From contig NC_091482.1 of assembly GCF_036971445.1 (NCBI RefSeq), positions 10,850,001 through 10,914,000 on the forward strand: 64,000 bases of DNA. The letters run 5' to 3'. Under the pieces are notes generated by a model, which saw nothing but the letters and a program-made list of their open reading frames with translations, was not told the DNA's origin and did no database searches. This DNA is from Narcine bancroftii (lineage: Eukaryota). Positions within the stretch are counted from its first letter, which is position 1; every line of letters starts with the position of its first letter. Shown here piece after piece: positions 12,845 to 24,937 of the stretch. The translations under genes were made by a program, and so were the position numbers.

Positions 12845-13710
12845 GTACCCCCCTCCCCCCGGCCCTCTCTCTCCCCCCTCCCCCCGGCCCTCTCTCTCCC
12901 CCCTCCCCCCGGCCCTCTCTCTCCCCCCTCCCCCCGGCCCTCTCTCTCCCCCCTCCCCCCGGCCCTCTCTCTCCCCCCCTCCCCCCCGGCCCTCTCTCTC
13001 CCCCCTCCCCCGCCCTCTCTCTCCCCCTCCCCCCGGCCCTCTCTCTCCCCCCCTCCCCCCGGCCCTCTCTCTCCCCCCTCCCCCCGGCCCTCTCTCTCCC
13101 CCCTCCCCCGGCCCCCTCTCTCCCCCCCCTCCCCCCGGCCCCCCCCCTCTCTCCCCCCCCTCCCCCGGCCCCCTCTCTCCCCCCCCTCCCCCGGCCCTCT
13201 CTCCCCCCTCCCCCCGGCCCTCTCTCCCCCTCCCCCCGGCCCTCTCTTCCCCCCTCCCCCCGGCCCCTCTTCCCCCCTCCCCCCGGCCCTCTCTTCCCCC
13301 CTCCCCCCGGCCCTCTCTTCCCCCCTCCCCCGGCCCTCTCTTCCCCCCCTCCCCCGGCCCTCTCTTCCCCCCCTCCCCCGGCCCTCTCTTCCCCCCTCCC
13401 CGGCCCTCTCTTCCCCCTCCCCGGCCCTCTCTCCCCTCCCCGGCCTCTCTCCCCCCTCCCCCCGTCCCTCTCTCCCCCCTCCCCCCGTCCCTCTCTCCCC
13501 CCTCCCCCCGTCCCTCTCTCCCCCTACCCCCCGTCCCTCTCTCCCCTCCCCCTTCCCTCTCTACCCTCCCCCTTCCCTCTCTCCCCATCCCCCGTCCCTC
13601 TCTCCCCTCCCCCTTCCCTCTCTCCCCCTCCCCCCCCTTCCCTCTCTCCCCCTCCCCCCTTCCCTCTCTCCCCCCTCCCCCCTCCCCCCGTCCCTCTTCT
13701 CCCCCCCCCG
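12845..13710. repeat. Polypurine/polypyrimidine minisatellite (~22-25-nt unit) in SRSF1 intron 1
   Basis: Repeated CCCCCGGCCCTCTCTCTCCCCCCT-like units, almost only C/T on the + strand. It accounts for the Pro-rich and Gly/Arg/Glu-rich ORFs in the ORF track. Confidence 0.95.
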
Positions 13711-13713
13711 TAC

Positions 13714-13911
13714 CTCGGGTCCTCGAACTCGACGAAGGCGAAGGGCGGGCCGCCGCGGCGGTTCTTCAGGTCGATGTCCCGGATGCTGCCGTACTTGTAG
13801 AACACGTCCTCGATGTCCTTGGTGCGGATGTCCGGCGGCAGGTTCCCCCACGTATATTCGACAGTCGTTGTTGCCCGCCGGCCCACGGATCACGCCGCTG
13901 TGGTTCTGCAT
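13714..13911 (-). CDS. SRSF1: SRSF1 coding exon 1 (RRM1); +1 G in run at 13845-13849
   Basis: [22 protein letters not shown], then a frame shift to [44 protein letters not shown], ending at donor AG|GTACGG. Confidence 0.95.
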
Positions 13912-14450
13912 GCCGTTCCCCTCCAGCTCGACGATCGCTGGGGCTCAAAAGCGACCAAAGGAAACGGACCGCAAAACTGCACCCGAGGCGTTGGCGCGGC
14001 TCCGGAGGCGCAAACCCGCCGCAGGCCGAACGGAGGGTTGGGCGAAACGGGTAAAAATCGGCCGGATGATGGGAATTACGTCGCTCGCCACCGCCGTCCG
14101 CCCCGTCCTGAGCCCAGAACAAAAATGGCGGCCGCTCCCCTCAACTCAGTCCGCGGGAGTGCAGCGGCGGGAAAGTAGTGCCGGTCCCTCCCGCGGAGGT
14201 CGACCACAGCGAGGAAAGAGTGCGCCGCATCTCGCTGAGGGTTCCCTGCCGCCCGGGCTTCGCTGACGTCTCCTGCTGCCGCACGCAGTTTCCCTCTGGA
14301 CTTTGATTTAATATTTCGCGGCCGATCGTTTGACTCTCTTTCCCGTTCTCCGGGTGCGTGGGGGGCGATATGGCGGCTTCCGGGTGACGCGGAGGCTCTG
14401 ACGTCCACGGGCTTCGCGCGCTCGGCGGCGGCCGAACCCGCCCCTATTAA
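13912..14450 (-). promoter_or_regulatory. SRSF1: SRSF1 5'UTR and CpG-island promoter
   Basis: CpG-dense. Contains a YY1 motif AAAATGGCGGC (14122-14132), CRE-like TGACGTC (~14265) and ETS-like CCGGAAG on - (~14377-14383). A second YY1-like CAAAATGGCG lies in intron 1 (12440-12449). Confidence 0.7.
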
Positions 14451-14453
14451 GAG

Positions 14454-16594
14454 CAGGGGGTCTGCAACCCGGGTGCGGGGGGGGGCTCCGAAAAAAATAA
14501 TGCGAATACGGTCAATGCCTATTTTATTTAATAATTATTATTTTGGGGATTAATCACCTTAAAATAAAATATGTGGTAACGTTTTGTCATCAAAATTTGC
14601 CTTCCAGCACTGTAGTGGTCGATACCACCATATGCGTCACCCTTCGCGGCCCAACTAGTGATTTGTATTGAACTTTGGACCTCCCACCCCCACCCAGGTA
14701 ACTCTCCCTGGATAAATCCAAAAAAAAAGAAACGTTTCTGATGAAAATAAAATATTTAATGCTTCATGGACAGATAAACGCACAGCTTTTGCTGAAAAAT
14801 ACCCATCTGGGGATGCAACTGCTGCAGAATTCTGATCAGAGTTTAAAATAAAAATACTTGGAGGAAATCTACAAATCCGAGTAGCTTCTGCTAGTTCTGT
14901 GGCAGCTCAGGAGGTAGCTCGGCACGGGAAGCCGACCGAGTACGACAGGAGCACGGAAGGGGTTTGTGACTTCAGAAGTCGCGAGGGTGGAAACTGCCGA
15001 CCTTCCCCTGCATTCTGCATCAAGGGGCATTGTGCGCTCCAGAATGCACAGAACGGATGAAGCTTGTCCGACGGAGAGTGAACCAAATAATAGCAAAAGG
15101 ATTAAACCACCGACATTATTGAACCACTGTTCATTATTGGAAGAAGTCGAAAGCACATACTCCGATCTCCTGCTGCACAAGGTCTGGTGGCTGTCCAAAG
15201 GCGAGGTGCTGAAGCAGTTTGCTGCATGTCTGGAGCTTGTAAAAACCTTCCTGGAAAGCAAAGGGCTCACCTTTCCGGAGCTAAAATAGCCAGATGGGCC
15301 GGAAAAGCTGCACTTCGTGGTGGATGCAACCACGCACCTTAACATGCCGAACAAAAGACTTCAGGGGAAGGGAGGCACAGCCCTGGAGATGCTGGAGGAG
15401 GTTTTGGCGTTTGAGCACAAGATGACAGTGTTTGCTAGAGACATACAGAGGGGTACGCTGTCTCACTTCCCCTCTTTGAGTGAGTTCAAAAAAGCACATA
15501 ATCCAATCAATTAGGAGCATTTACAGCGTGCAATCATTGCAAGGCAAGCTGCGTTTGGGGAAAGATTCTGTCACTCCCCTAAACATCGATTTATCCCTGT
15601 TGAATAAAACTGCATCTACAGACGTAAGTCAACCCGAACTTGAGATCGAACTGGCTGATGTAGCTGACAAAGACTTATGGGTTTCTAAGTTCAGAAGCTT
15701 GACAGCTGATTTTGAAGATGTTGTTATTCAGAAGGCCATTCTTGCCCGGAAGCACAAATGGAGTGAAATTGAAAACCTCCCCAAACTGGACAAACTTGTG
15801 TTTGTAACATGGAATTCAATTCCTGACACTTGTATGAAAAAATATGCATTTGGAGTCCTGTCCATCTTTGGATCCACATACTTGTGCAAGCAGGTTTTCT
15901 CCAGCATGAACTACATAAAAAGCAAACATCACTTGCCCCTCATGGATGACAGCATGCAATCCTGCGTGAAGATCAAAGTGACATCTTACAGCCCTGATAT
16001 TGATCAGCTATGCAGTAAGGTTCAGGAACAGAAGTCACATTAACCAGGTGAAAGAAATCATTTCATGAATTATTATTTTGCAAATATACATTTTTATATT
16101 GGACCCTGAACTGATGTAGTTGTGTTTTATATGTAGGTTGGTGGTTGACTGCTGTAGCTACACGACTGAGGAAATCAACGGATGACGGCAACCTTCAGAA
16201 TAAAATACAAACTGGCATTTTTTTTTGTTTGCTCTTTTTAAAGCGAATATTTCTTTTTTTAAAAATTCCACAAATAAGGGATGGACTCAAACAGGCCCGC
16301 ATTGTGTATTTTATTTGAAACTTATACATGCCAATATCTTTAGAGTTCAAAAGAATTTGTTGTTTTGCTTTGTTACAAACAGAAATAAAATGTCAGTTTT
16401 CTGTTTGTAGTTCCTTTATTTCATAAATGTAATAAATTATACTCCTCACATACATAGCATAAGTGTAATGAAACTATATATGCAGCCTTTTCTTCATTTT
16501 AGGGATCAAACTGGTTTTTCGGCTGCAGATGTGTTTTATTTGGTGGGAAACAGGCCCAGATGGCACTTTTAATGCTGAAGGTTGCCGACCCCTG
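14454..16594 (+). mobile_element. hAT (Buster/Charlie/SPIN-type) DNA transposon fossil
   Basis: Termini CAGGGGGTCTGCAACC (14454) and GGTTGCCGACCCCTG (16594) are imperfect TIRs. The right flank CCCTAGAC resembles the Charlie-type TA-centred target. Internal transposase remnants are present. Confidence 0.8.
14708..16043 (+). pseudogene. Disrupted hAT transposase (GTF2IRD2/ZBED-like)
   Basis: Fragments KRNVSDENKIFNASWTD, STTGARKGFV, DLLLHKVWWLSKGEVLKQF, HLNMPNKRLQG and SIFGSTYLCKQVFSSMNYIKSK...QEQKSH* (hATC dimerisation region). Contains stops, frameshifts and deletions. Confidence 0.85.
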
Positions 16595-16771
16595 CCCTAG
16601 ACTCAGGGCCAACTTGCACTGTGGCGTTGCAATTGTTCATTGTGGTTCCGAAATGACTTGAGTCCGTACGGTGCTTTAACAAATGCTAAATGAGATATGG
16701 CACCAGTGCTTTGAAGTAAAACATTAAAGTCTAGACACCATGATTGAAATAAAACCACAATGCTGGATAAA

Positions 16772-17200
16772 CTCAAGATTCAATTTATTGTCATGTAATA
16801 AAGACAGTGCAATATTGCACGGGGTGTGCTTTCTGTCTGCAATAAGATGTGCCCATTGCAGAAATTGCCTGGTACCTCTTGGCAGGAAGAAAGTCACCGA
16901 GTCTCCTTGGATTTGCCTTCAGAAGGGAATATTATCGCATTATATATTCAGGCGTATTGTTGACACCGATGCTGTGTGACGAACCTAGCATGAACTCCCA
17001 CCTCCTGGCACAAATTCCAGCAGTGAGTCACAATGAATCAGAACAAGAGCCTGTCTCTGAGGAAGGCCGATGGGTGGGATAGGGTGAATGAGAGAATGGG
17101 ATTGAGGGGTCCTTGGGTAATTCATTTGCTGGGGAGCACCATCAGAGGCTAGAGATTCCTTCCAGGTTCCAGCCGCATCTGTATGCAACCAAAGTAGGTG
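16772..17200 (-). repeat. Unclassified retroposon-like repeat related to 43670-44168
   Basis: Shares the ACATGACAATAAA tail and GGCAATTTCTG with the copy at 43670-44168, in opposite orientation. Confidence 0.4.
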
Positions 17201-17399
17201 TCTATGTTTTAATTATGGGGGGACGGTGCATAGGGGCGATGATGTACATACCAGGGAGTGTTCTATTTGGAGGACCAAAAGAAATAATAATCAGCATTCG
17301 GTGGGGTTCTGCCAAGCAGCATGCCAGTGTATCTTGAAAAAATTGATTAAATCATCCTTTAAATTTCAAGCATCAAATTAAAGACACTGGCATTCTACC

Positions 17400-17606
17400 T
17401 TATCTATGCCTCTCAGAATCTTGTAGACGGACCTCTAAGTCACCTCTCATCCTTCTTCGCTCCAAAGTCCTCACTCTGAAAACCCTGCCTCATAAAACAT
17501 GTTCTTCAATCCAGGCAACATCCCAGTAAATTTTCTCTGCACCTTCTCCATGGATTCCACATCCTCCCTGTCACGATCCAACCAGAACTGAGCACAATAT
17601 TCCAAG
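17400..17606 (-). mobile_element. CR1 LINE fragment
   Basis: Typical CR1 3' ORF2 motifs seen on + as CAATCCAGGCAACATC...AATTTTCTCTGCACC...CAGAACTG..CACAATATTCCAAG. Confidence 0.6.
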
Positions 17607-17609
17607 CAT

Positions 17610-18270
17610 CTTTATTGTCCAGACGTGTAGGGCCAGCTGTCTGCCAAGGACTTGTTTTAGTGGAGGACGAATTGGAGTGGGTCTAGGCTGGCGGAATTAA
17701 TGACACATGACCAGCCTGTTGAAGCTATTCTTGTGGTGGGTATCAGAGCCACCAATCAGTACTCATTTTGTCCTGCCACTGTGTTGTTCTTCAGCATTGG
17801 GTTGATGGCCTTGAAGTATGTGGTTAGTTCAGTGGCCAGTAGCAGAGACATTGAAGGTGTCTGTGAATACTCCCACCAGCTAGTGTTTGGAAGCATGCAG
17901 GACTCATCCAGGGTCTAGACAAGACACAGACACGCTGGAAGAACACACACAGTCTTGCAGCGTCTCGAGGAAGGGCTCAGACCCGAAACATCGGTAATAT
18001 AGCGTTACTTCCTGTGGATGCCACAAGACCGGCTGACTTCTTCCAGCAACTGTGTTTTGACTACAATCACAGTGTGTGCAGACTTTCATGATTGACCTCA
18101 TCCAGAGTTTAGTCTAGGACAGGACCTTCACAAGGCCAATCTGATGAATGCTGTGGTGACCGTGGGTGCAGCTGTGCCTGAGGTTGAAGTGTTGTGTGAA
18201 GCTAGCTCACTGGCCTCCCGTTTAAAGCAAGCGTAGAATGCATCAAGCTCTTCAGGGAGGGATGCACCTG
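17610..18270 (-). mobile_element. Rex1/Babar-like LINE relic with a Penelope-LTR-like insert (~17922-18090)
   Basis: - strand encodes ASLPEELDAFYACF and LDPLQF-like motifs. The insert contains GAAGGGCTCAGACCCGAAACATCG. Confidence 0.5.
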
Positions 18271-19076
18271 AGATGAAAATGGACTATAAACAAAAGCTTA
18301 ACCATCATTATCCTTCTGGCTCAATTCTACCCTACAATGAACTGAAGCAAGCATACATTATATTAATAACGTCTGAATATTACTAAACATACACCTGTGG
18401 TCATTTTCCAATTTCGATTGTCAATGACATGTTTTGCCAACATTTTACATCAACAATTTAAAATAGGAAATCACATAGATAGCATCCGTCATATCTCAAA
18501 ATCAAGAAAATCAGCATTATAAATTTGAAATAAAAAATCATTTGGTAGCAAAAGATCTCTGACCTGAAATGTTAACTCTTTGCTGCCTGGCCTGATGGGC
18601 GTTTCCAATCCAATTTATTTTGTTTTTGTTTTTATGTCTCAAAGTATTTTAAAACTAATGCAGTTCTCTTGAAGTGTCGTTTCAGTCATAAGCAGCCTCT
18701 TCTAACACCAACTGATTATGAAAATGGGTCACAAGGACTACCGTATCCATAATATGTGGTGAAATATCCTGTCCAACATATGTTAGTCAACACCTAAAAC
18801 TTATTACCTGGGTTTTATTTCTTTGCTCTTTGTAGGGATATCCTAAGTATAATCTGACGTACGCATTTCCTAAATGTTTAAGTTTCTTCAATTCATAAAT
18901 ATTTGATTGATTATAAGCTGCAGATACAAAAATTCTATAAAATAGATATTTTTAAAAACTTTAGGAGATGCCTGTTTTGGGTATCATTCACCCTCAAATT
19001 CAACTGAAGGTTTGCATGGAGATTTTGTTAATCCACTCTTTCAACTGTTGCAATTGAGAATACAATTGTTGATTCA

Positions 19077-19575
19077 CAGATGGCTTCATATTTAGTTACT
19101 ACTTGTTACAATAAGCCTTTCTTTGGCTCTGCTACATTTTTTGAGCACATCAGATAACAGTACATGTCTGCCTGAGAATAGTGTAACAAAGCCTTAATGT
19201 GTCAATGTCATTCCACCAATGCTTGGCACATTTATCAAATTACATCTGAACCTCGTGGACCAGCAAGCTCACTGCAAGCTGAGCTGATCTGAACAAAGGT
19301 TATCCGAAAGGAAAATTTGTGTCTTGGTCTTCGATGAGGGAGAAATCACAAATATCATCCTTTATGCTTTCCGCTGGAAGAATATCTGTGTGGGCACAAC
19401 AGAGGAATAAGACAAGCTTGGTTATAATGATTCCATCATCAAGAACCATCTGACTTTACTGTCAAAATTCAAATGTGAAGAGTGTGGCAATGTTTGAAAC
19501 GCATCAAAGTTGGAGAGATAATCAGAAGAGACAGATGACTAATGAGAAAATAATAGGCTGAAACATGCTTGTTCT
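19077..19575 (+). repeat. Left arm of a long imperfect inverted repeat
   Basis: Reverse-complement match to 20421-20910, e.g. ATGTGTCAATGTCATTCCACCAATGCTTGGCACATTTATCAAATTACA versus TGTAATTTGATAAATGTGCCAAGCATTGGTGGAATGACATTGACACAT. Confidence 0.9.
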
Positions 19576-19889
19576 TGATGCTTTGTGTAAACTTTGTATT
19601 TATGGCCCTCTGACTCCAATTATTCTGGAGAGCAAATGGGTATCATTGTCAAACAGCACAAAACCAGCCCTTCAGCCCTTCAGCCCATCTTATCCATGCC
19701 GAGGAAGTTGGCATTCTGGGTAGAGCCATTTGCATGATGGAGGATGTTGGTTGTGCATCTTTATATTTGCTATATAAAGGACACTGTTTGACCTGCTGGT
19801 TTCTCCACCATTTTGTTTTTACTTCAACCACGGTGTCTACAGACATCCATGTTTTACTTCTTTTTCCCCCCACTTGACTGTATTTGGTT

Positions 19890-20345
19890 CATATTCTTCT
19901 AAATACTTACAATCCATAAACCTCTCCAAATGTCTGTTGAATGTCATAATTGTGTCCGCTTGACAGTTTACTCTGTCTGTTCATTCTAGGTATGAACTAC
20001 CCTCAGCTCCCTTGTAATTCCCTCCCCTCTCACCGTAAATTTATGCCTTCCAGTTCTAGAATCATCACCATGAGAAAAAAACTGTGAACATTTACTTTAC
20101 CCATTCCCCCAATGATTTTACAAACCCTAATAAAATCACCGCTCAGCCTCCTACAGTCTAAGAAAGAGACACTTCCTTTCTGTCCTCCCTCTATAACTCA
20201 AACACTCAATTGCTCTTGAATCTACTTCCAATTTATAGATTTCCTTCTGACAGCTGGGTGGCCAGAACTGCACATAATTCTCCAAATATGGTCTCAGCAA
20301 CGTTTTGTACAGCTGAATCAAGAGGTTCCAATTTTTGTATTCAGT
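19890..20345 (-). mobile_element. CR1 LINE fragment in the inverted-repeat spacer
   Basis: CR1-type motifs GCCAGAACTGCACA...CTCCAAATATGGTCTCAGCAACGTTTTGTACAGCTG. Confidence 0.55.
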
Positions 20346-20420
20346 AACTTAAATGCAAGCAAATGCTCAGCATGGACAAGATGGGCCGAAGGAAGAGTTT
20401 TGTGTTGTTTGACAAGTGAA

Positions 20421-20910
20421 GGAGGAAAACATGATTTAGCCTATTATTTTCTCATTAGTCACCTTCTGTGCCTTTTGAATAGCTCTCCAACTTTGATACA
20501 TTTTAGAAATGTTGCCACTTTTCACCTTTGAATTTTGACAGTAAAGTTAGAAGATTGTTGATGACAGAATCATTATAACCAAACTTGTCTTATTCCCCTT
20601 TTGTGGCCACACAGATTTACTCCCAACAGGAAGCCTAAAGGATTTCTCTACTGAAGCCCAACACAATTAGCCTCTCCTATAACCTTTGTTCAGATCAGCT
20701 CAGCTAGCAGTGAGCTTGCTGGCCCAACAAGAGTCAGGTGTAATTTGATAAATGTGCCAAGCATTGGTGGAATGACATTGACACATTTACGTTTTGTTCA
20801 ACTATTCTCGCTCAGACATGCATTGTTAACTGATGTGCCCAAAACATGTAACCGAAAGAGCCAAATAGAGGGCTATTTTAAAAAATAGTCATTAGATATG
20901 AAGCCATCTG
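20421..20910 (-). repeat. Right arm of the long imperfect inverted repeat
   Basis: Pairs with 19077-19575. Ends TATGAAGCCATCTG, complementary to CAGATGGCTTCATA. Confidence 0.9.
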
Positions 20911-20915
20911 TAATA

Positions 20916-21340
20916 CAACAACCTTGCACTCAACATTAGTAAAACCAAGGAGATTATTGTGGACTTCAAGAGGAAGTCAGGTGAACACGATCCAATCATC
21001 ATCGAGAGCTCAGTAGTGGAGAGGGTCAAGAACTTAAATTCCTAGGTGTCAACATCTCTGAGGATCTGTCCTGGAACCTCCATGTCAATGCAATCACCAA
21101 GAAGGCTTGTAGGCAGCAATATTTTGTGAGGTGTTTGAGGAGATTCAATATGTCACCAAAGACTCTCTAGGTGTTCTGTGGAGAGCATTTTGTCTGGTAT
21201 CCTCACGGTCTGGTACAGAGGTGTCAACTCTCAGGACAAGAAAAAACTCCAGAGGGTTATTAACTCAGCCTGCGAGATCAGGGGCACCAGATTCACTCCA
21301 TCGAGGACATCATCTACAAGAGGCAGCACACAAAAAAAAG
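20916..21340 (+). mobile_element. Rex1/Babar-like LINE fragment
   Basis: NNLALNISKTKEIIVDFKR...VERVKN..FLGVNISEDLSW, typical of the RT C-terminal region of this clade. Confidence 0.65.
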
Positions 21341-22529
21341 GTTGAGAACCATTGGTCTGGTACATAGTTATGGGATGAGGGTTCATCTATTATAAACTGA
21401 GACAAGGAGAAATTTCTTCTCTGATGGGGGTAAATCTTTGGAATTCTTCACTCTGTGAAGCTGAGGAAGCTGATTGCACTGGGAAATGAGGGAGGAAGCA
21501 GCAGGCTAAAAAGGCTTATTTCACTGAGGGATGCTTCAGTGGGGGTAGGTGGTCAACACTTGTTCAAAGAATAGTCAAATCAATAAACACACTTTCAGTG
21601 TTTTATTATTTAAACAAATTAGGCTCGTATGAATTACAGGTTCTTGTAGTGAGCTCATTTCTAAACTCTCCGTCTCACTAACACAAAAATGAGTGAGATG
21701 TCAAACAATCAAAATTACACAGACATTACAAGTATACAGCAAACAGGCAACTTGGCCTAAGTAACAGGAATTTAATTTGTGACCCATTATCAGTGCTTTC
21801 CTCTCTGTTGGGAAGCTGGTAAGATGGAAGTCTGCAACCATCAAAGGAGAAAGCATTATAGTGGGACATAAATTACGTTTCTATTATGTGGGACAAGAGG
21901 CCTGTTTGTTGTATATTTATAATGTCTGCATAATTTTGATGTGATTTACATTTGATTACATCCCATTTGATTTTTATGTGGTGTGTCATGACTGACAATT
22001 TTTAAACAATTATTTTGTTTCACAGAAATATACATGTATATTTTCATAGTTTGCACAAGGTTGAAACAATCTTTAGTTTATATTAATCTCCAAAGATTGA
22101 AAATATAATTAAAGTTTAACATTGCAATTCTACTTTGTTCTTTCTTTTCTAATAAAGTAAAACCCTAAAATTGTAGGATGACTGACAAAAGATTTGTAAG
22201 GAAGACAGGCAAAATAATATTTACTTCCTCTTAATTGCAGTAATTTGTAGAGGTGGATTGAGAAGGAAGACAGAGACCATGAGTGACCAAATGGGAGGCC
22301 AGTCTCTGGGACCAGCTGAGGGGTGTCAGAGGTTAAAGAACCCAGGCGTGGCTGAGGAGGGCAATGATTCTGGGAGAGGTGTTGCGATGACCTTCTGAGC
22401 ACAGGATTGAGTTGATTTCGCCCAGTGCTTATTATCAGATATTGAGCGATTCCTAATTTCTGCTATACTGTATAGAATGCTACTAATGGAAAATATTAAT
22501 GTCTTTTTACATCTTTTAAAGTTTTTATT

Positions 22530-23260
22530 TACATTGTACCTCACACCACAAAAATTACATAAATCCAAACCTGAAATCTTGGAAATGTGCTTTAGGTGTG
22601 GCCTGCCTATTCTGGGAGAACCTGGGGGACATTCTGAAAAAAATTATAAAGGTGGATTTTCCATCAGATTCGGAATTGTACCTTCTGGGAAACATTATGG
22701 ACGTGAGTTTTAAACTGTCCACGTTCCAAATTCATTTTGTGAAGGTCGCCTTGGTGGTAGCCACGAGATGTATAGCGGTCACGTGGAAGTCCGACTCACA
22801 ACTAAATACAGTATTACACGATGGAATATGAAATGCAGAGTTGTTTTCCCCTGGAGAAAATCATGTACAATTTAAGGAGGAAATAAGACACATTCATTAG
22901 AGTGTGGCAACCTTATCTGAAACAGAGAGGTACACAGATATAATTCACTCCTTCGGAATAAAATAAATAAAATAATTGGGATCAAAGAAGTGGGATGGGG
23001 TGGAGATGACGTGCTCTTGTCTTTTTTTTTGTCCCTAATCCCTTTTTATTTAAGTACCTGGGTTTTTTTTACACAGCTTTTTGCAAGGGTTTTTGTATGA
23101 TTTATATGACTTTATTCTCAGTTATATCGGGGCAAGGGGGGTGGGTAGGGGGGGGATAAAAACTGACTCTCTATGTCATATTGGCATTGAAAGAGATTGT
23201 ATTGTTTGTTTGAATTGATTTGAATCTTTGAAAATCAAAAATAAAATATTCCAAAAAAAG
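22530..23260 (+). mobile_element. L1/Tx1 3' fragment (ORF2 C-terminus, 3'UTR, A tail)
   Basis: LYLTPQKLHKSKPEILEMCFRCG..FWENL..LYLLG..VATRCIAVTWK..EMQSCFPLEKIMY, followed by a G-rich 3'UTR, AATAAA and an A run. Confidence 0.7.
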
Positions 23261-24937
23261 AGGAAGCTCATCTTTGCTGACCAAGATGCTTTCCTAAACA
23301 GTATTTTCCTGCATTTCCCTCTGATCCTTCAATATCCATGAACCTGTCCAAGTGATGTAATAATTATCCCAAGGTTAGGAAACATTTTATAATGAAGCAA
23401 CGTTTGAAGTTAAAAAGGGCTTGTCTGGCCCTTGTATTTTTGAATTCTGCGTGGAGCTCCTCTGTTGAAGACCTGTGCTTGCATCTCTTGATTCTGGTGT
23501 AAAATGCTCTCCTTTTGATTGACTCCTTCAATGGTTCAACAAAACTGGAGAACATTGTCTGGGAACTATTCAGCCCTTCTATGGCCTTATCAATGACATT
23601 CCTCAAGGGCACATGCAGCCTATTGAAGCTCTTATCAGCTTTGTTCTGCAGCACTTGTCACGGGAACAATTGTCTTGACAGCTCTCCATGTGAACTGGCT
23701 AGATGGTGCTCAGTGCAATCGCCATGATAAACACTGGCACATTGCATGATCATGACCAAGGAATCCGACCTTACTGAGATCTGGATATTGTGTGGAGTGT
23801 TCAGTCATCTTTGAGTTTTCTGAAAGCCAGCCATTAATCACCCTCACCTTTTAGAAACTTAAGCCAAGATGTTTACTGAAGGACATTAGAAAAAGGAGCA
23901 GGACTAGCTCATCTGACCTGTTAACCTACTTCACCATTAAATCCAAGACTCTCATCTGTACAAAGCAATATTTATTTTTATATTTGTATCGATAAAATAC
24001 TTGTCCTGCATATGTAATTGTGTTATGTATAATTTGTGCGTCTGCATGTTTTGCACTGAGAACCGGAGAACTCTGTTTCATTGGGTTGTACTTGTATAAG
24101 ACTTGACTTGAATAAGAACATAGCTGATCTGTTCATGGTTAAAGGATAGTACAGGATAAAGGGTGCACTGGATGGGCATGACAGCAGGGCAGAAAGAAAC
24201 AATTTGGCTGTTGGATTCTTCTGAAACTTCAGCCATGAGCCTCTAGTGTTGGAAACTTACGGCAATTAAATATGTCACTCAAGATCAGAATCAAGCTATA
24301 ACACCAACTGGAATGGCACAATCTTTTGGAACTTGGTATTTTGGTCGAAATTTGAGAAGGGATAGTGGGAGGGAAAAAAATAATTGGACTGGCATGATAT
24401 TGGGTAGTGGGACTTTGAGATTCAGGAAGAATCAATCAGAGGACATACCTGGTGGGCATTGTGGTCTGACACTGACGGAGATCTAGGATTGCCCAAACAC
24501 AAGAAAAAAACCCCAGGACAACATGGTCCGAGTTCCACAGCAAAGTTCCCGAAGGAAGACTGATGTATCATTTGCACTTGGACAAAAGAAGTAAGAGAAG
24601 CTTGAGCCTTCTTGAACATTCAACAAGATCATGGCTGGTCTTCTATTTTACCATCTTTTAACTGCTCCATCCCCATATCACTTAATATTCAGAAATCTAT
24701 GCTTTGAATAACCCTAATTATAACACCTTCCAGGTAAAGAATTTCTCCCTCTCAATTACCTTCATTATACATCCTTAAAAATTCCTCTTAATTAAATATG
24801 ATTTTTCCTTTCATCAATCTCTGCTCAATCATGTATCTAGATATAGAGAGATGATATAATGTAGTATTGTCCCAACCTCAGATCCCAGGTTAATAGGTTG
24901 ATAATTCCTTATTTTCTCTCCCTCCCCCTTTTCTTAC

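Noticed and set aside
12508-14054. 430-aa and 423-aa proline-rich ORFs and the 264-aa G/E/R-rich antisense ORF
   Set aside because: They are translations of the C/T minisatellite in SRSF1 intron 1, which lacks stop codons by composition.
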